Origin: Candidatus Nanopelagicales bacterium
GTDB taxonomy: Bacteria > Actinomycetota > Actinomycetes > S36-B12
NCBI GenBank assembly: GCA_018609125.1
Contig: JABAYF010000023.1
Coordinates: 209-64,208, forward strand
Direction of reading: 5' to 3'
Length of the DNA stretch: 64,000 nucleotides
Shown: positions 41,099 to 52,979 of the stretch, one piece after another
Position numbering within the stretch: position 1 is the first letter of the stretch
Layout of the letters: the number at the start of each line of letters is the position of its first letter
The notes under the pieces: generated by a model
Told to the model about the DNA's origin: nothing
The model's database searches: none
The model's input: only the letters and a program-made list of their open reading frames with translations
Made by a program: the position numbers and the translations under genes

Positions 41099-42414
41099 CG
41101 CTCACGCCGGTCATCACCGAGTTCTGGGATCGCCCAGATCTTTACACCCTCGCCGGATACGAGCGCACCGGTGGCTACCGTGCGCTGCGCACAGCACTTG
41201 CCATGGATCCCGACGCGATCATTTCCCAGGTGAAGGACACCGGTTTGCGTGGCCGCGGTGGTGCCGGCTTCCCCACCGGGCTGAAGTGGAGTTTTGTGCC
41301 GCAGGGCGACGACAAGCCGCACTATCTTGTCGTGAACGCCGATGAGTCAGAACCCGGTGCATGCAAAGACGTTCCCATCATGATCGCTAACCCACATGCA
41401 CTCGTTGAGGGCGTCATCATTTCGTCCTTCGCGATTCGCGCCTCGCATGCGGTCATTTACATTCGTGGTGAAGTTCCCGAAGCGATTAGACGCGTGGCCC
41501 TTGCGGTGAGCGAAGCTGAAGCGGCTGGTCACCTGGGCCACAACATTCATGGCAGCGGTTTCGATCTTAAGGTCATCGTCCACTCTGGCGCCGGCGCCTA
41601 TATCTGCGGTGAAGAGACGGCGCTGCTGGACTCACTTGAGGGTTACCGCGGCCAACCGCGTCTCAAGCCGCCGTTTCCCGCCGTCGCGGGTCTGTACAGC
41701 GCCCCCACCGTGGTCAATAACGTAGAGACCATTACGAATATTCCGTGGATCATTAACAACGGAGTGGAGTGGTTTCGCCAGTTCGGCACGGAAAAGTCAC
41801 CAGGTTTTAAGGTGTTTGCGGTGTCTGGCCATGTGCGTCGACCGGGCATTTACGAAGCCCCGCTGGGCATCACCATGCGTGAACTTCTTGACTATGCGGG
41901 TGGAATGCGCGACGGCAGCGAGGTGAAGTTTTGGGTGCCGGGTGGCTCATCTGTGCCCATGCTGACCGCTGATCATCTCGATGTTCCGCTGACCTATGAA
42001 GCGATGGTCGAAGCCGGCACCATGCTAGGCACGGGAACCCCCATGGTGTTCGACCAAACGGTGAGTGTCGTGAAGGCCGTTACCCGCTGGCTGGAGTTCT
42101 ACAAGCACGAATCCTGCGGGAAGTGCACGCCGTGCCGCGAAGGTACCTTCTGGATAACCGGGGTTCTCAAGCAGTTCGAAAATGGCGAGGGCAATGATCC
42201 AGATTTAGACCTGTTGAATGAACTGTGCGAACAGATCATGGGTAGGTCCTTCTGCGCCCTGGGTGATGCTGCCGCGACGCCCTACCCGGCGGCCGTGAAA
42301 CTTTTCCGCGATGAGTTCATCACCGCCACCCATACCCCGGTTGACCAGACCTTCGACCCGGCCCGGTCGTTTGTCTTCAGCGAGACTGCTCTCAGTGAGG
42401 TGGGTGCTCGATGA
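41095..42414 (+). CDS. nuoF: NADH-quinone oxidoreductase subunit F
   Basis: GRGGAGFPTGLKWSF FMN site, NADESEPG, and ESCGKCTPCREG (N3 cluster). Confidence 0.97.
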   Translation: MTLTPVITEFWDRPDLYTLAGYERTGGYRALRTALAMDPDAIISQVKDTGLRGRGGAGFPTGLKWSFVPQGDDKPHYLVVNADESEPGACKDVPIMIANPHALVEGVIISSFAIRASHAVIYIRGEVPEAIRRVALAVSEAEAAGHLGHNIHGSGFDLKVIVHSGAGAYICGEETALLDSLEGYRGQPRLKPPFPAVAGLYSAPTVVNNVETITNIPWIINNGVEWFRQFGTEKSPGFKVFAVSGHVRRPGIYEAPLGITMRELLDYAGGMRDGSEVKFWVPGGSSVPMLTADHLDVPLTYEAMVEAGTMLGTGTPMVFDQTVSVVKAVTRWLEFYKHESCGKCTPCREGTFWITGVLKQFENGEGNDPDLDLLNELCEQIMGRSFCALGDAAATPYPAAVKLFRDEFITATHTPVDQTFDPARSFVFSETALSEVGAR

Positions 42415-44804
42415 CGATCGCCTCAGGCTCGGAACAGACGCAGACCGACCTGGTCGACGTCGTTGTGGACGACATCAACGTCCGGGTCCCGAAGGGCACC
42501 CTCGTTATTCGGGTCGCGGAGCAAATGGGCGTGGAGATTCCGCGGTTTTGCGATCATCCACTCTTGGATCCGGTCGCGGCGTGCCGCATGTGCCTGATTG
42601 AAATCGATGGCGTCCCCAAGCCACAGCCGGCCTGCGCGATCACCGTGGCTGATGGCATGAAGATACGCACCCAGCGCACCTCACCCGTGGCTGAGAAAGC
42701 ACAGTCCGGGGTCATGGAGTTCCTGCTGCTCAACCACCCACTCGATTGTCCGATTTGTGACAAGGGTGGGGAGTGCCCGCTGCAAAACCAGGCCATGTCA
42801 TCGGGCCGTGGTGAAACTCGATTCGAAGGCAAGAAGCGCACTTTCGAGAAACCGATCGCCATTAGTTCCCAGATTCTGCTCGATCGTGAGCGCTGCGTTT
42901 CCTGTGCGCGGTGCACTCGATTCGCCGATCAGATCGCGGGCGATCCGATGTTGGAACTACTCGAACGTGGTGCCCAGCAACAGGTTGGCGTCGCTGACGA
43001 TGCACCTTTTAATTCATATTTTTCTGGAAACACGATCCAGATTTGTCCGGTGGGTGCACTCACCAGCACCCTGTATCGATTCCGATCTCGCCCCTTCGAC
43101 CTGGTGTCAACGCCCACGACGTGCGAGCATTGCGCGTCGGGGTGTTCGTTGCGCACTGATGTGCGTCGCGGTGAAGTCACCCGGCGATTGGCCTGGGATG
43201 ACCCCGAAGTGAACGAGGAGTGGAACTGCGACAAGGGCCGCTTTGCTTTTCGCTACATTCGCCAGGACCGGATTGAGTCGCCGCTGGTTCGCGAAGATGG
43301 CCGGTTGCGCCCTGCATCGTGGCCGGAAGCCCTTGATATTGCCGCTCGTGGGTTGGCGGCGGCCCAGGGTCGAGTTGGAGTGCTCACCGGTGGGCGGTTG
43401 ACGGCTGAGGATGCCTACTCGTACGCCAAGTTTGCCCGGGTAGCCCTGCGCACGGACGACATTGATTTCCGCGCCCGCATGGCAAGCGACGAAGAAGCAC
43501 AGTTCCTGGCAGCGCTCGTGGCTGGTCAGCCGCTGGGCCCCACGTATGCAGACCTCGATGCGGCCAGCAATGTGGTGTTGGTCGGGTTCGAGCCCGAAGA
43601 CGAATCACCCATCGTCTTGCTCCGACTCCGGCGTGCTGCACTGAAGGCCAACACTCGGGTGTGGAGTATCAGCGCATCCCTTACCGGTGGACTCGCCAAG
43701 ATGCAGGGCACCTGGGTGCCCTGCCAACCTGGCGCTGAGGCCCAGGTCATGGACGACGCCCAAAAAGATGGCAGCGACGATGCTTTCGGAGCGGCGCTAC
43801 GCACCCCGGGCGCGGTGCTGCTGGTGGGTGAACGTCTTGCCGGAATTCCAGGGGCCCTGTCGGCCGCAGCAGCGCTGGCAAGGAACACCGGAGCTCGGCT
43901 TGGCTGGGTACCTCGTCGAGCGGGTGAACGTGGCGCTCTCGATGCTGGTGCGCTGTCCGGACTACTTCCGGGTGGGCGACCACTAACGGATCCTGCTGCG
44001 CGCAGAGAAGTGTCCGACCTCTGGGGTGTGCAGGCCGATGAACTACCTCGATACGCCGGTCGACGCGGTTCGGTACCCATCGCTCAATCGGCTGATGCAG
44101 TCATCGTGGCGGGGGTAGATCCCGTCGATGATCCACAGGGCGAACAGCTCATGGCTGCGCTGGCCGGTGACAGGTTCGTGCTCAGTCTGGAAACGCATCA
44201 CGGCCCCATCAGCGAGTTGGCCGATGTGGTGCTTCCCGTCGCGGTCGATGCAGAACGCGCCGGAACATACGTGGACTGGGAGGGCCGGTCGCGTTCCTTC
44301 GGAACTGCGATTTCCGGTGTCACCACCGTCACCGATTCACGCGTGCTGGCGATGCTTGCTGACGCCATGGATGAATCCATCGGTCGAGGCGACGTGATGG
44401 AACTGCGTGCGGAGTTGGCTACGCTGGGTCACTGGACCGGTGACCGGATGTCGGCACCTGATGTGCGACCCGCGCCACCAGCGGCCGGTGGTCTGCGTCT
44501 GGCAAGTTGGCGACTGCTACTGGACCTGGGTCGGATGCAGCAGGGCGAACCCCACCTGGCCGGTACGGCCCGACCAACCGAGGCGGTCATGAGTGCTGCA
44601 ACGGCTGCGTCGCGCGGACTGACCGAGGGTTCATTGGTTACCGTCTCCACACCCGATGGCTCCCTCACGCTCCCGCTGCGCCTCGATGAGGTCGCCCACG
44701 ACACGGTGTGGCTGCCCATGCATTCCCCAGGATGTTCCATCGTGCAAGACCTAGGTGCCGTCCCGGGGGATGTCGTTGAAGTTGTACCAGGGGGTCCCCG
44801 GTGA
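42411..44804 (+). CDS. nuoG: NADH-quinone oxidoreductase subunit G
   Basis: 797 aa. N-terminal 2Fe-2S/4Fe-4S ligands ([30 protein letters not shown]) plus a molybdopterin-like domain. Confidence 0.96.
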   Translation: MTIASGSEQTQTDLVDVVVDDINVRVPKGTLVIRVAEQMGVEIPRFCDHPLLDPVAACRMCLIEIDGVPKPQPACAITVADGMKIRTQRTSPVAEKAQSGVMEFLLLNHPLDCPICDKGGECPLQNQAMSSGRGETRFEGKKRTFEKPIAISSQILLDRERCVSCARCTRFADQIAGDPMLELLERGAQQQVGVADDAPFNSYFSGNTIQICPVGALTSTLYRFRSRPFDLVSTPTTCEHCASGCSLRTDVRRGEVTRRLAWDDPEVNEEWNCDKGRFAFRYIRQDRIESPLVREDGRLRPASWPEALDIAARGLAAAQGRVGVLTGGRLTAEDAYSYAKFARVALRTDDIDFRARMASDEEAQFLAALVAGQPLGPTYADLDAASNVVLVGFEPEDESPIVLLRLRRAALKANTRVWSISASLTGGLAKMQGTWVPCQPGAEAQVMDDAQKDGSDDAFGAALRTPGAVLLVGERLAGIPGALSAAAALARNTGARLGWVPRRAGERGALDAGALSGLLPGGRPLTDPAARREVSDLWGVQADELPRYAGRRGSVPIAQSADAVIVAGVDPVDDPQGEQLMAALAGDRFVLSLETHHGPISELADVVLPVAVDAERAGTYVDWEGRSRSFGTAISGVTTVTDSRVLAMLADAMDESIGRGDVMELRAELATLGHWTGDRMSAPDVRPAPPAAGGLRLASWRLLLDLGRMQQGEPHLAGTARPTEAVMSAATAASRGLTEGSLVTVSTPDGSLTLPLRLDEVAHDTVWLPMHSPGCSIVQDLGAVPGDVVEVVPGGPR

Positions 44805-46165
44805 ACACTGACCTGGGCGTGTTCGGAAACGACCCCTGGTGGATCGTGGTCATCAAGGCGATCGCGATTTTTGTGGTGCTGGTACTGGTGACCCTGTTCA
44901 CCATTTGGTGGGAGCGCCGCGTCGTTGGGCGCATGCAAAACCGGATCGGTCCCAACCGGGTCGGGCCCCTCGGCCTGCTGCAGTCCCTGATGGACGGCAT
45001 CAAGCTGGCGCTGAAAGAGGAGATCATTCCCAAGTCCGCTTACCGAGCGGTCTATTGGTTGGCGCCGGTGATCTCAGCCACAATGGCATTCATCGCCTTC
45101 GCTGTCATCCCCTTCGGTCCGGAGGTGTCGATCCTTGGTGTGATGACCCCGCTACAACTCACCGACTTCCCTGTTTCCGTTCTCTACGTGTTAGCTGTTG
45201 CCTCCATTGGGATCTACGGCATCGTGTTGGCTGGCTGGTCATCTGGATCCACCTACCCACTGCTCGGTGGCTTGCGTTCATCAGCGCAGATGATCTCCTA
45301 CGAACTCGCAATGTCCATGTCCTTCGTGGCTGTCTTTCTCTACGCGGGCACCATGTCCACCTCGGGCATCGTGGCAGCACAGGAACCAATTTGGTACGCA
45401 ATCATCTTGCTGCCCTCGTTTCTCATTTATGTCACCTCCATGGTTGGCGAAACCAACCGCGCACCCTTTGACCTGCCCGAAGCCGAGGGTGAGTTGGTGG
45501 GTGGCTTCCACACTGAGTACTCCTCGTTGAAGTTTGCTCTCTTCTTCCTCGCCGAGTACATCAACATGGTGACGGTGTCAGCGCTTGCCACGACACTTTT
45601 CCTTGGCGGATGGCGCGCTCCGTGGCCAATCTCACTCTGGGAGGGTGCAAATGTGGGCTGGTGGCCGCTGCTGTGGTTCTTGGTCAAGGTGCAATTGTTT
45701 ATCTTCGTTTTCATCTGGCTCCGCGGCACGCTGCCCAGGCTCCGGTACGACCAATTCATGCGCTTTGGCTGGAAAGTCCTGATACCGGTATCCCTGGTGT
45801 GGATCGTCGTTGTCGCCACCGCGCGTGTTATTCGCAATGAGTTCTCCATTGCTACCGAAGATATTTTGCTCTGGGGGGCTGGCCTGCTGGTCATCGTGGT
45901 GATCGGTGGCTGGATTTTGCAGTGGCGGTCCTCGCGCAAGGAAGAACAGGCCGAGGAGTTAGCGGCGTTGACCGACGATGGACCCTTTGACCCCATGGCC
46001 GGTGCATTCCCGGTTCCACCCATGCCCGGCCAGGAATTCACGTACACGTCACGTGTATCGCAACGTCCCCTGGCTGCCGCGACGGTGACCCCCGCAGTCA
46101 CATCTGGCCCGAGCTCAACGCACCTGCCCGATGATGATGCACCTAAGGAGTCCTCCAATGCCTGA
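44801..46165 (+). CDS. nuoH: NADH-quinone oxidoreductase subunit H
   Basis: [26 protein letters not shown] signature. Long Pro/Ser-rich C-terminal tail. Confidence 0.96.
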   Translation: MNTDLGVFGNDPWWIVVIKAIAIFVVLVLVTLFTIWWERRVVGRMQNRIGPNRVGPLGLLQSLMDGIKLALKEEIIPKSAYRAVYWLAPVISATMAFIAFAVIPFGPEVSILGVMTPLQLTDFPVSVLYVLAVASIGIYGIVLAGWSSGSTYPLLGGLRSSAQMISYELAMSMSFVAVFLYAGTMSTSGIVAAQEPIWYAIILLPSFLIYVTSMVGETNRAPFDLPEAEGELVGGFHTEYSSLKFALFFLAEYINMVTVSALATTLFLGGWRAPWPISLWEGANVGWWPLLWFLVKVQLFIFVFIWLRGTLPRLRYDQFMRFGWKVLIPVSLVWIVVVATARVIRNEFSIATEDILLWGAGLLVIVVIGGWILQWRSSRKEEQAEELAALTDDGPFDPMAGAFPVPPMPGQEFTYTSRVSQRPLAAATVTPAVTSGPSSTHLPDDDAPKESSNA

Positions 46166-46715
46166 GTTGCCAACAGCGGTACGTGGGTTTGGCGTCACGT
46201 TTCGCACCATGTTCAAAAGGGTGGTTACCGAGCAATATCCCGAGGCTGCAGCAAAGTATCCGCCCAAGCCAAGATTTCATGGCCGGCATCAACTCAACCG
46301 GTGGGCCGATGGCCTGGAAAAGTGCATCGGTTGCGAACTGTGCGCGTGGGCCTGCCCGGCAGATGCAATCTTTGTGGAGGGGGCAGACAATTCCGAGGGA
46401 GGTCGATTCTCACCGGGAGAGCGTTACGGCCGGGTGTATCAGATCAATTACCTCCGCTGTATTTTCTGCGGCCTGTGCATTGAAGCGTGCCCAACGCGTG
46501 CGCTCACGATGACCAATGAGTTCGAACTCGCCGACAACAACCGGACGGATTTGATCTTCACCAAAGAGGATCTGCTCGCACCATTGCAGGCCGGAATGGT
46601 GCTGCCACCGCATGACATGGTGCCGGGGTTCACCGAGAAGGACTACTACGCCGGTAAGGTCATCGGGGCCACGGATACCGGATCGGCCACGGATACTGCA
46701 AAGGAGTCGACGTGA
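46158..46715 (+). CDS. nuoI: NADH-quinone oxidoreductase subunit I
   Basis: Two ferredoxin motifs, [12 protein letters not shown] and [12 protein letters not shown]. The ATG at 46158 overlaps the nuoH 3' end. Confidence 0.95.
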   Translation: MPELPTAVRGFGVTFRTMFKRVVTEQYPEAAAKYPPKPRFHGRHQLNRWADGLEKCIGCELCAWACPADAIFVEGADNSEGGRFSPGERYGRVYQINYLRCIFCGLCIEACPTRALTMTNEFELADNNRTDLIFTKEDLLAPLQAGMVLPPHDMVPGFTEKDYYAGKVIGATDTGSATDTAKEST

Positions 46716-47542
46716 CCGAGATCGGCACCGGTGAAGCCATCGTCTTCTGGGTGTGCGCGGTGCTGTCGGTAACCGGTGCCCTTGGCCTGATTTTATCGCG
46801 ACGCACCGTGCACAGCGCGCTATGGCTGGCCCTGACCATGATAAGCCTGGCTGTTTTGTACATCGCCAATGCTGCACCGTTCCTCGGCATGGTCCAGATC
46901 ATTGTGTACACCGGTGCGGTCATGATGCTGTTCCTGTTCGTGCTAATGGTGGTTGGTGTTGACTCGGCAGACTCACTCGTAGAAACCCTTCGAGGCCAGC
47001 GCGTTGCCGCCATTTTGCTCGCCGTGGGTTTCGGTGTGTTGCTCACCGCCGGGCTCGGTTCAGCCCTGAGCGGTATCCCCATGGCCGGGCTCGACGCAGC
47101 CAACGCAGAGTACGGCGGCAACGTTGAAGGTATCGCCCGCCTGCTTTTCTCGGACTACATCATTGCCTTCGAAATCGTTGCGGCACTGCTCATTACGGCT
47201 GCCCTTGGAGCTTTAGTGCTCACCCATCGAGAGCGCTGGCGACCGAAGCTGACGCAGGCTGACCTGATGCGTCAACGTATTGCTTCGGGTGCGCCTGGCC
47301 CGCTTCCCACTCCCGGTGTTTTCGCTAGACACAATGCCGTGGATACTCCGGCTCTGCTGCCCGATGGCACGTTGGCCGAACAATCAGTGCCGGCACCCCT
47401 GCGTGCCCGGGGCGACCTACGGCCGGTAGATATTGGCGCGGTCGAGGAAACTCGCGCCCTCACCGAAGGTGAAGCTGTCTTTGGCCCCACGGTCACGCCG
47501 GTCGCTGATGATCCTGGCGCCTCACCGGGAGAGCGGTCATGA
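46712..47542 (+). CDS. nuoJ: NADH-quinone oxidoreductase subunit J
   Basis: Polytopic ORF in the J position. GTGA overlap with nuoI. Has an actinobacterial-type C-terminal extension. Confidence 0.9.
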   Translation: MTEIGTGEAIVFWVCAVLSVTGALGLILSRRTVHSALWLALTMISLAVLYIANAAPFLGMVQIIVYTGAVMMLFLFVLMVVGVDSADSLVETLRGQRVAAILLAVGFGVLLTAGLGSALSGIPMAGLDAANAEYGGNVEGIARLLFSDYIIAFEIVAALLITAALGALVLTHRERWRPKLTQADLMRQRIASGAPGPLPTPGVFARHNAVDTPALLPDGTLAEQSVPAPLRARGDLRPVDIGAVEETRALTEGEAVFGPTVTPVADDPGASPGERS

Positions 47543-47838
47543 ATCCGGAGAACTACATCATCCTGTCGGGGTTGCTGTTCACCATTGGCGCCTTGGGGGT
47601 CATGATTCGGCGCAACGCGATCGTGGTCTTCATGTCGATCGAGTTGATGCTCAACGCTGCAAATCTTGCTTTCGTCTCTTTCGCTCGCATTAACGGAACC
47701 CTGGATGGCCAGGTTGTTGCCTTCTTCGTCATGATCGTCGCCGCAGCCGAAGTGGTTGTCGGTTTGGCCATCATCGTGACGATCTTTAGAACTCGGCGCT
47801 CTGCTTCCATCGATGAGCCGAACCTATTGAAGTACTAG
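47539..47838 (+). CDS. nuoK: NADH-quinone oxidoreductase subunit K
   Basis: 99 aa, 3 TM helices, [14 protein letters not shown] with the conserved Glu residues. Confidence 0.95.
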   Translation: MNPENYIILSGLLFTIGALGVMIRRNAIVVFMSIELMLNAANLAFVSFARINGTLDGQVVAFFVMIVAAAEVVVGLAIIVTIFRTRRSASIDEPNLLKY

Positions 47839-47864
47839 ACCATGGCCGCGGCCACGCCATGGTC
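47838..47864 (+). other. Perfect 9-bp stem-loop in the nuoK-nuoL intercistronic gap
   Basis: GACCATGGC (47838-47846), a 9-nt loop, then GCCATGGTC (47856-47864). The first stem base is the last base of the nuoK stop codon. No U-tract follows. Confidence 0.6.
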
Positions 47865-47922
47865 GGGGTTGCCCAAGACAGCACAGATGTGAGGAACAAC
47901 TGGTGATAAGCGAGGAGGCGCC

Positions 47923-49860
47923 GTGATCGGGACCGGCGCTGTCGTTGCTCAAACGGCTCCCCTTTTGGCGCCGTTGAATGCTGCGACGGGAATCTTCCAG
48001 TACATCTGGGTACTGATCGCGCTACCGCTTGCTGGGGCGATCATTTTGCTCACCACCGGTAGTCTGCTGAAGCGGTGGGGCCATATCATCGGCGTCGCCA
48101 CCGTGGGCGTTTCCGCGATTCTCGGCATCATCATGCTGCTGGAGATGATGGGTCGATCCGCCGATGACCGCGCTTTCGGCCAGACCGCATTCACCTGGGT
48201 TTTTGCCGGGCAGTTTGATGTTGACGTCGCTTTCCAGCTTGATCAACTGTCCATGGTTTTCGTACTGCTCATCACCATCGTCGGCACACTCATTCACATC
48301 TACTCCATTGGCTACATGGCCCATGACCCAGACCGCAAGCGTTTCTTCGGGTTCCTCAACCTCTTTATTGCCGCGATGCTGCTGCTCGTTCTGGCCGATA
48401 ACTATCTGCTGCTATACGTGGGCTGGGAAGGGGTGGGCCTAGCGTCCTATCTCCTGATCGGTTTTTGGCAGTACAAGAACAGCGCCGCCGCCGCTGCCAA
48501 GAAAGCATTCGTGATCAACCGCGTGGGTGACGTGGGGCTCAGCCTTGCCATCATGCTCATGTTCGTCACGTTCGGCTCGGTTACGTTCAGTTCTGTCTTC
48601 GCCAACGCCGGGGAAGCCAGCGACTCCACGCTCACCTGGATCGGCCTGCTGCTGCTCTTGGCTGCTGCCGGTAAGTCTGCGCAGTTCCCGCTGCAAGCCT
48701 GGTTGCTTGACGCCATGGAAGGCCCCACGCCGGTGTCAGCGCTGATCCATGCGGCCACGATGGTGACCGCGGGCGTGTACTTGATCGTGCGCAGTAACGC
48801 GATTTACGACCGAACTGTTTTCGCAGCGACCGCGGTTGTCGTGGTGGGTGTGATCACCATGATTATTGGCGCGATCATTGGCTCGGCAAAGGACGACATC
48901 AAGAAGGCCCTGGCGGGTTCCACGATGAGCCAAATCGGATACATGGTGCTCGCCGCCGGGCTCGGGCCGATCGGCTATGTGTTCGCCATCTTCCACCTAC
49001 TGACCCATGGTGTGTTCAAGGCCAACCTCTTCTTGAGTGCCGGCTCGGTCATGCACGGCATGAACAACGGCGTCAACATGCGTCGCTTCGGTGCGCTTCG
49101 TGCCGCCATGATCATTACCTTTGGTGCTTTCACCGCGGGTTATTTGGCCATCATCGGTATTCCACCGTTCTCTGGTTTTTATTCCAAGGACAAAATCATT
49201 CACGCGGCCTTCGAACAGAGCAACATCGTGGGTATCGCCGGGGTACTGGCCGCGGGCATTACCGGTTTCTACATGACGCGCATGATCGTCATGACGTTCT
49301 TCGGTAAGGCCCGATGGGAAGACGATGCGCATCCGCACGAGTCCCCGCCGGTCATGACCATTCCGTTGATTATTTTAGGTTTCGGGTCGGCCTTTACCGG
49401 CATGGCGCTGGTTTACTGGGGTGACATCGAAACGTGGCTCACTCCGGTCACCGGACTTGAGGAACGCGAACTAGCGATTCCCACCGTGGTGCTGGAGATG
49501 CTGACCCTCGCCACCGTTCTCGTGGGTGTGGGTGTCGCCATCTGGATCTATCGCCGTTCGGTTCCGATTGAACCCCCGCAGAAAGTGTCGGTACTCACCG
49601 TGGCGGCTCGCCAGAACATGTTCGATGATGCAATCAACGACGTGGTTGCCGTGCGCCCGACCTGGTACACCGCTCGATTCCTCGTATGGTTCGACAACCG
49701 TGCAGTTGACGGGTTCGTCAATGGTCTGGCCGCTGCAGTGGGCGGAGTGTCCGGTCGCCTCCGCCGCATCCAGACAGGGTTCACCCGCACCTATGCACTC
49801 GTCATGGTGATTGGTGTCCTTGCGGTTCTCACCGCACTTGGGTTGGTGATGCTGCCATGA
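47923..49860 (+). CDS. nuoL: NADH-quinone oxidoreductase subunit L
   Basis: 645-aa Mrp-antiporter-like subunit. GTG start with GAGGAGG upstream. Confidence 0.95.
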   Translation: MIGTGAVVAQTAPLLAPLNAATGIFQYIWVLIALPLAGAIILLTTGSLLKRWGHIIGVATVGVSAILGIIMLLEMMGRSADDRAFGQTAFTWVFAGQFDVDVAFQLDQLSMVFVLLITIVGTLIHIYSIGYMAHDPDRKRFFGFLNLFIAAMLLLVLADNYLLLYVGWEGVGLASYLLIGFWQYKNSAAAAAKKAFVINRVGDVGLSLAIMLMFVTFGSVTFSSVFANAGEASDSTLTWIGLLLLLAAAGKSAQFPLQAWLLDAMEGPTPVSALIHAATMVTAGVYLIVRSNAIYDRTVFAATAVVVVGVITMIIGAIIGSAKDDIKKALAGSTMSQIGYMVLAAGLGPIGYVFAIFHLLTHGVFKANLFLSAGSVMHGMNNGVNMRRFGALRAAMIITFGAFTAGYLAIIGIPPFSGFYSKDKIIHAAFEQSNIVGIAGVLAAGITGFYMTRMIVMTFFGKARWEDDAHPHESPPVMTIPLIILGFGSAFTGMALVYWGDIETWLTPVTGLEERELAIPTVVLEMLTLATVLVGVGVAIWIYRRSVPIEPPQKVSVLTVAARQNMFDDAINDVVAVRPTWYTARFLVWFDNRAVDGFVNGLAAAVGGVSGRLRRIQTGFTRTYALVMVIGVLAVLTALGLVMLP

Positions 49861-51410
49861 GTAATTTCCCGTGGCTGACCACGATCGGTGTCATCCCACT
49901 TATCGGTGCTGTTGTTGTCATGTTGCTACCAAGGTCTAAGGGCCTGTTGGCCAAGCAGTTGGCACTGGTATTCAGCCTGATCGCCCTCGGCATGACCATC
50001 GCAATGGCGTTGCAGTTCGATGCAGACGTCACAGATCCGTTCCAGTTCAGCGAGAGTGCATCGTGGATTCCTGCACTCGGCATAAGTTATTCGGTGGGTG
50101 TCGATGGCATTGGTCTGGTTCTCATCGGGCTAGCCGCAACGCTGGTGCCGGTGGTTATTTTGGCCGGATGGCATGACGTTGATGAAGAACTTGGATCGGT
50201 CAAGGGCTACTTCGCGTTGATCCTGGTGCTGCAAACGTTGATGATCGGCGTTTTCGCCGCGACCGACGTCTTCTTGTTTTACGTGTTCTTCGAAGCCATG
50301 CTCGTACCGATTTACTTCCTGATCGGGCGCTATGGCGGTCCCCAGCGCGCATACGCCGCGGTGAAGTTCTTGATCTACAGCCTCGTGGGTGGACTGTTTA
50401 TGCTCGCCTCGCTGATCGGTCTCTATGTCGTGTCTGGACGGCAACTGGGCGAGGGCACCTTCGATTTCCTCTCCCTGGTTGGCTTGGAGATGGACTCAAC
50501 CACCCAGCGCTTGCTGTTCCTCGGGTTCTTCTTCGCTTTCGCCATCAAGGCTCCGCTATTTCCTTTCCACACCTGGCTGCCCGATGCGGCGAAAGAATCC
50601 ACGCCTGGAACCGCGGTTCTCCTTATCGGCGTACTGGACAAGGTCGGCACCTTCGGCATGATCCGATATCTGCTGCCAATTTTCCCCGAGGCATCCCAGT
50701 TCTACGCCCCGGTGGTCATCGCGATGGCGGTTATCGGCATTCTCTATGGCGCACTGGTGGCTCTGGGGCAAAATGACATGAAGCGCTTGTTCGCATACAG
50801 CTCCATGTCTCACTTTGGGTTTATCGCACTGGGGATTTTCGTCTTCACCAATATCGGCATGAGTGGTTCGGTGCTGTACATGGTGGCCCATGGTCTCTCC
50901 ACAGCAGCGGTGTTCCTCGTCGCTGGCTTCCTGATGGCCCGGCGCGGTGGTTCCAGCCTCATCAGCGACTACGGCGGCATCAGCAAGGTGGCACCGGTAC
51001 TCGCCGGCTTCCTCCTCTTCGCAGCTTTGTCCTCCTTGGCGCTGCCCGGTTTGGCCAGTTTCCTCGGCGAATTCATGGTTCTGCTGGGTACGTTCCAGAT
51101 CTACCCGTGGGTGGCCGTCGTTGCCACCTTGGGCATCGTGTTTACCGCGGCCTATGTCTTGCGGTTCTACCAACGCACGGCAACCGGTCCTGTTCCGGCA
51201 GCCTATGCACCCGGATCTGCGCACCCGATGACCGATGTGAAAGCGCGTGAGGTGACCGCTTTGGCGCCCCTGGTGCTACTCACCATCGTTTTGGGCGTCT
51301 TCCCCACTCCGGCTCTGGACGTCATCAATCCCGCGGTGGAGTGGACACAGCAGACACTGGGAGTGGTTGATCCACCACCGCAGATCGACACGCCGGGAGG
51401 GGGTCAGTAA
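49857..51410 (+). CDS. nuoM: NADH-quinone oxidoreductase subunit M
   Basis: 517-aa antiporter-like subunit. ATGA overlap with nuoL. Confidence 0.95.
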   Translation: MSNFPWLTTIGVIPLIGAVVVMLLPRSKGLLAKQLALVFSLIALGMTIAMALQFDADVTDPFQFSESASWIPALGISYSVGVDGIGLVLIGLAATLVPVVILAGWHDVDEELGSVKGYFALILVLQTLMIGVFAATDVFLFYVFFEAMLVPIYFLIGRYGGPQRAYAAVKFLIYSLVGGLFMLASLIGLYVVSGRQLGEGTFDFLSLVGLEMDSTTQRLLFLGFFFAFAIKAPLFPFHTWLPDAAKESTPGTAVLLIGVLDKVGTFGMIRYLLPIFPEASQFYAPVVIAMAVIGILYGALVALGQNDMKRLFAYSSMSHFGFIALGIFVFTNIGMSGSVLYMVAHGLSTAAVFLVAGFLMARRGGSSLISDYGGISKVAPVLAGFLLFAALSSLALPGLASFLGEFMVLLGTFQIYPWVAVVATLGIVFTAAYVLRFYQRTATGPVPAAYAPGSAHPMTDVKAREVTALAPLVLLTIVLGVFPTPALDVINPAVEWTQQTLGVVDPPPQIDTPGGGQ

Positions 51411-52942
51411 TGGACGACGTCTTGATTGCGCCAGACATTGACTACCTGGCCGTGGCCCCCATGATCATCGTGGGCGTCACCGCCGTCGTCGGAGTGCTGG
51501 TCGAGGCTTTTGCGCCACGACGACCGCGCCGTGGAATTCAACTTGTGCTTACCTTCGGTGCACTCATTGCCGCCTTCGTCGTCCTCATTTCGCAAGCAGG
51601 AACACGAGTGATCACCGGTTCCTTGGCCATTGATGGGCCCAGTCTGGTGCTGCAGGGCCTGATCCTGCTGATTGCGATCGTGTCGGCGATGCTCATGGCT
51701 GAGCGCCGGGTGGATCCAGCCGGGGATGCATTCTCACCGCGCGCATCTGCGCTGCCGGGATCTGAGGAAGAACGCGTGCTGAGCACTCGCGGGTTCATGC
51801 AAACCGAGGTCTGGCCACTGATGCTGTTCGCGGTTGTCGGCATGATGCTCTTCACCGCGGCCAATGACCTACTCGTAATGTTTATTGCCCTAGAGATCAT
51901 GTCACTGCCGCTGTACCTACTCGCCGGAATGTCTCGCCGCCGTCGCCTGCTCAGCCAAGAAGCGGCGCTGAAGTACTTCATTCTCGGTGCGTTCTCCTCC
52001 GCATTCTTTATCTTCGGTGCAGCGATGCTCTATGGCTTCTCCGGTACCATTTCGCTGCCCGGTATCGCTGATGCACTGAGCGCGAACCCTGGACAAACTC
52101 CGCTGATCTTCATCGGCTTTGGCCTCGTCGTTATCGGACTGCTGTTCAAGGTGGGTGCGGTTCCCTTCCACCAGTGGGTGCCTGACGTTTACCAGGGCTC
52201 TCCCAGCGCCGTCACCGCCTTCATGGCCGCGGCCGTCAAGGTTGCCGCCTTCGGTGCGCTCCTGCGTTTTCTCTACGTCGCCTTCGGCGGTGCCCGCTGG
52301 GACTGGCAGCCTGCCCTGTGGATCATCGCGATCGCAACGATGCTGGTGGGGTCGATTTTGGCTATCACCCAGACCGACATCAAGCGCATGCTCGCTTATT
52401 CATCGATCGCCCAGGCCGGCTTCATTCTGGTCGGTGTTATTGCGGTGAACCCTGAAGGCGTCGCCGCAGTGATGTTCTACCTGGCGGCTTATGGCTTTGC
52501 CACCCTCGGTGCCTTCGCCGTCATCAGTTTGGTTCGTCAAGATGGCGGTGAAGCAACGCACCTGTCGAACTGGGCGGGGTTAGGCAAACGATCTCCGGTT
52601 CTGGCCCTGTCCATGTCGCTGTTTATGCTTTCCTTCGCCGGCATCCCGCTCACCAGCGGCTTCATCGGCAAGTTCACCGTCTTTGAAGCTGCCATCCTTG
52701 CCGACGCTGTGCCCTTGGTGATCGTGGGTGTCATTGCCAGCATCATTGCGGCCTTCTTCTATGTCCGTGTGATTGTTCTCATGTTCTTCACTGAACCGGC
52801 CGAGGTCGGACCTACCGTTGTGCTCCCCTCGGTGTTTACCACGCTCGTTTTAGCCATTTCTGTCGCGGTAACGGTCATTTTGGGTGTTTTTCCGCAACCG
52901 GTTCTGGATCTGGTCGAACAGGCCAATGTCTTCCTTCGGTAG
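51410..52942 (+). CDS. nuoN: NADH-quinone oxidoreductase subunit N
   Basis: 510-aa antiporter-like subunit. TAATG overlap with nuoM. Confidence 0.95.
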   Translation: MDDVLIAPDIDYLAVAPMIIVGVTAVVGVLVEAFAPRRPRRGIQLVLTFGALIAAFVVLISQAGTRVITGSLAIDGPSLVLQGLILLIAIVSAMLMAERRVDPAGDAFSPRASALPGSEEERVLSTRGFMQTEVWPLMLFAVVGMMLFTAANDLLVMFIALEIMSLPLYLLAGMSRRRRLLSQEAALKYFILGAFSSAFFIFGAAMLYGFSGTISLPGIADALSANPGQTPLIFIGFGLVVIGLLFKVGAVPFHQWVPDVYQGSPSAVTAFMAAAVKVAAFGALLRFLYVAFGGARWDWQPALWIIAIATMLVGSILAITQTDIKRMLAYSSIAQAGFILVGVIAVNPEGVAAVMFYLAAYGFATLGAFAVISLVRQDGGEATHLSNWAGLGKRSPVLALSMSLFMLSFAGIPLTSGFIGKFTVFEAAILADAVPLVIVGVIASIIAAFFYVRVIVLMFFTEPAEVGPTVVLPSVFTTLVLAISVAVTVILGVFPQPVLDLVEQANVFLR

Positions 52943-52979
52943 TAACGTCATGAGCGTTCGCTATTAAAGGAGTCCGCTT

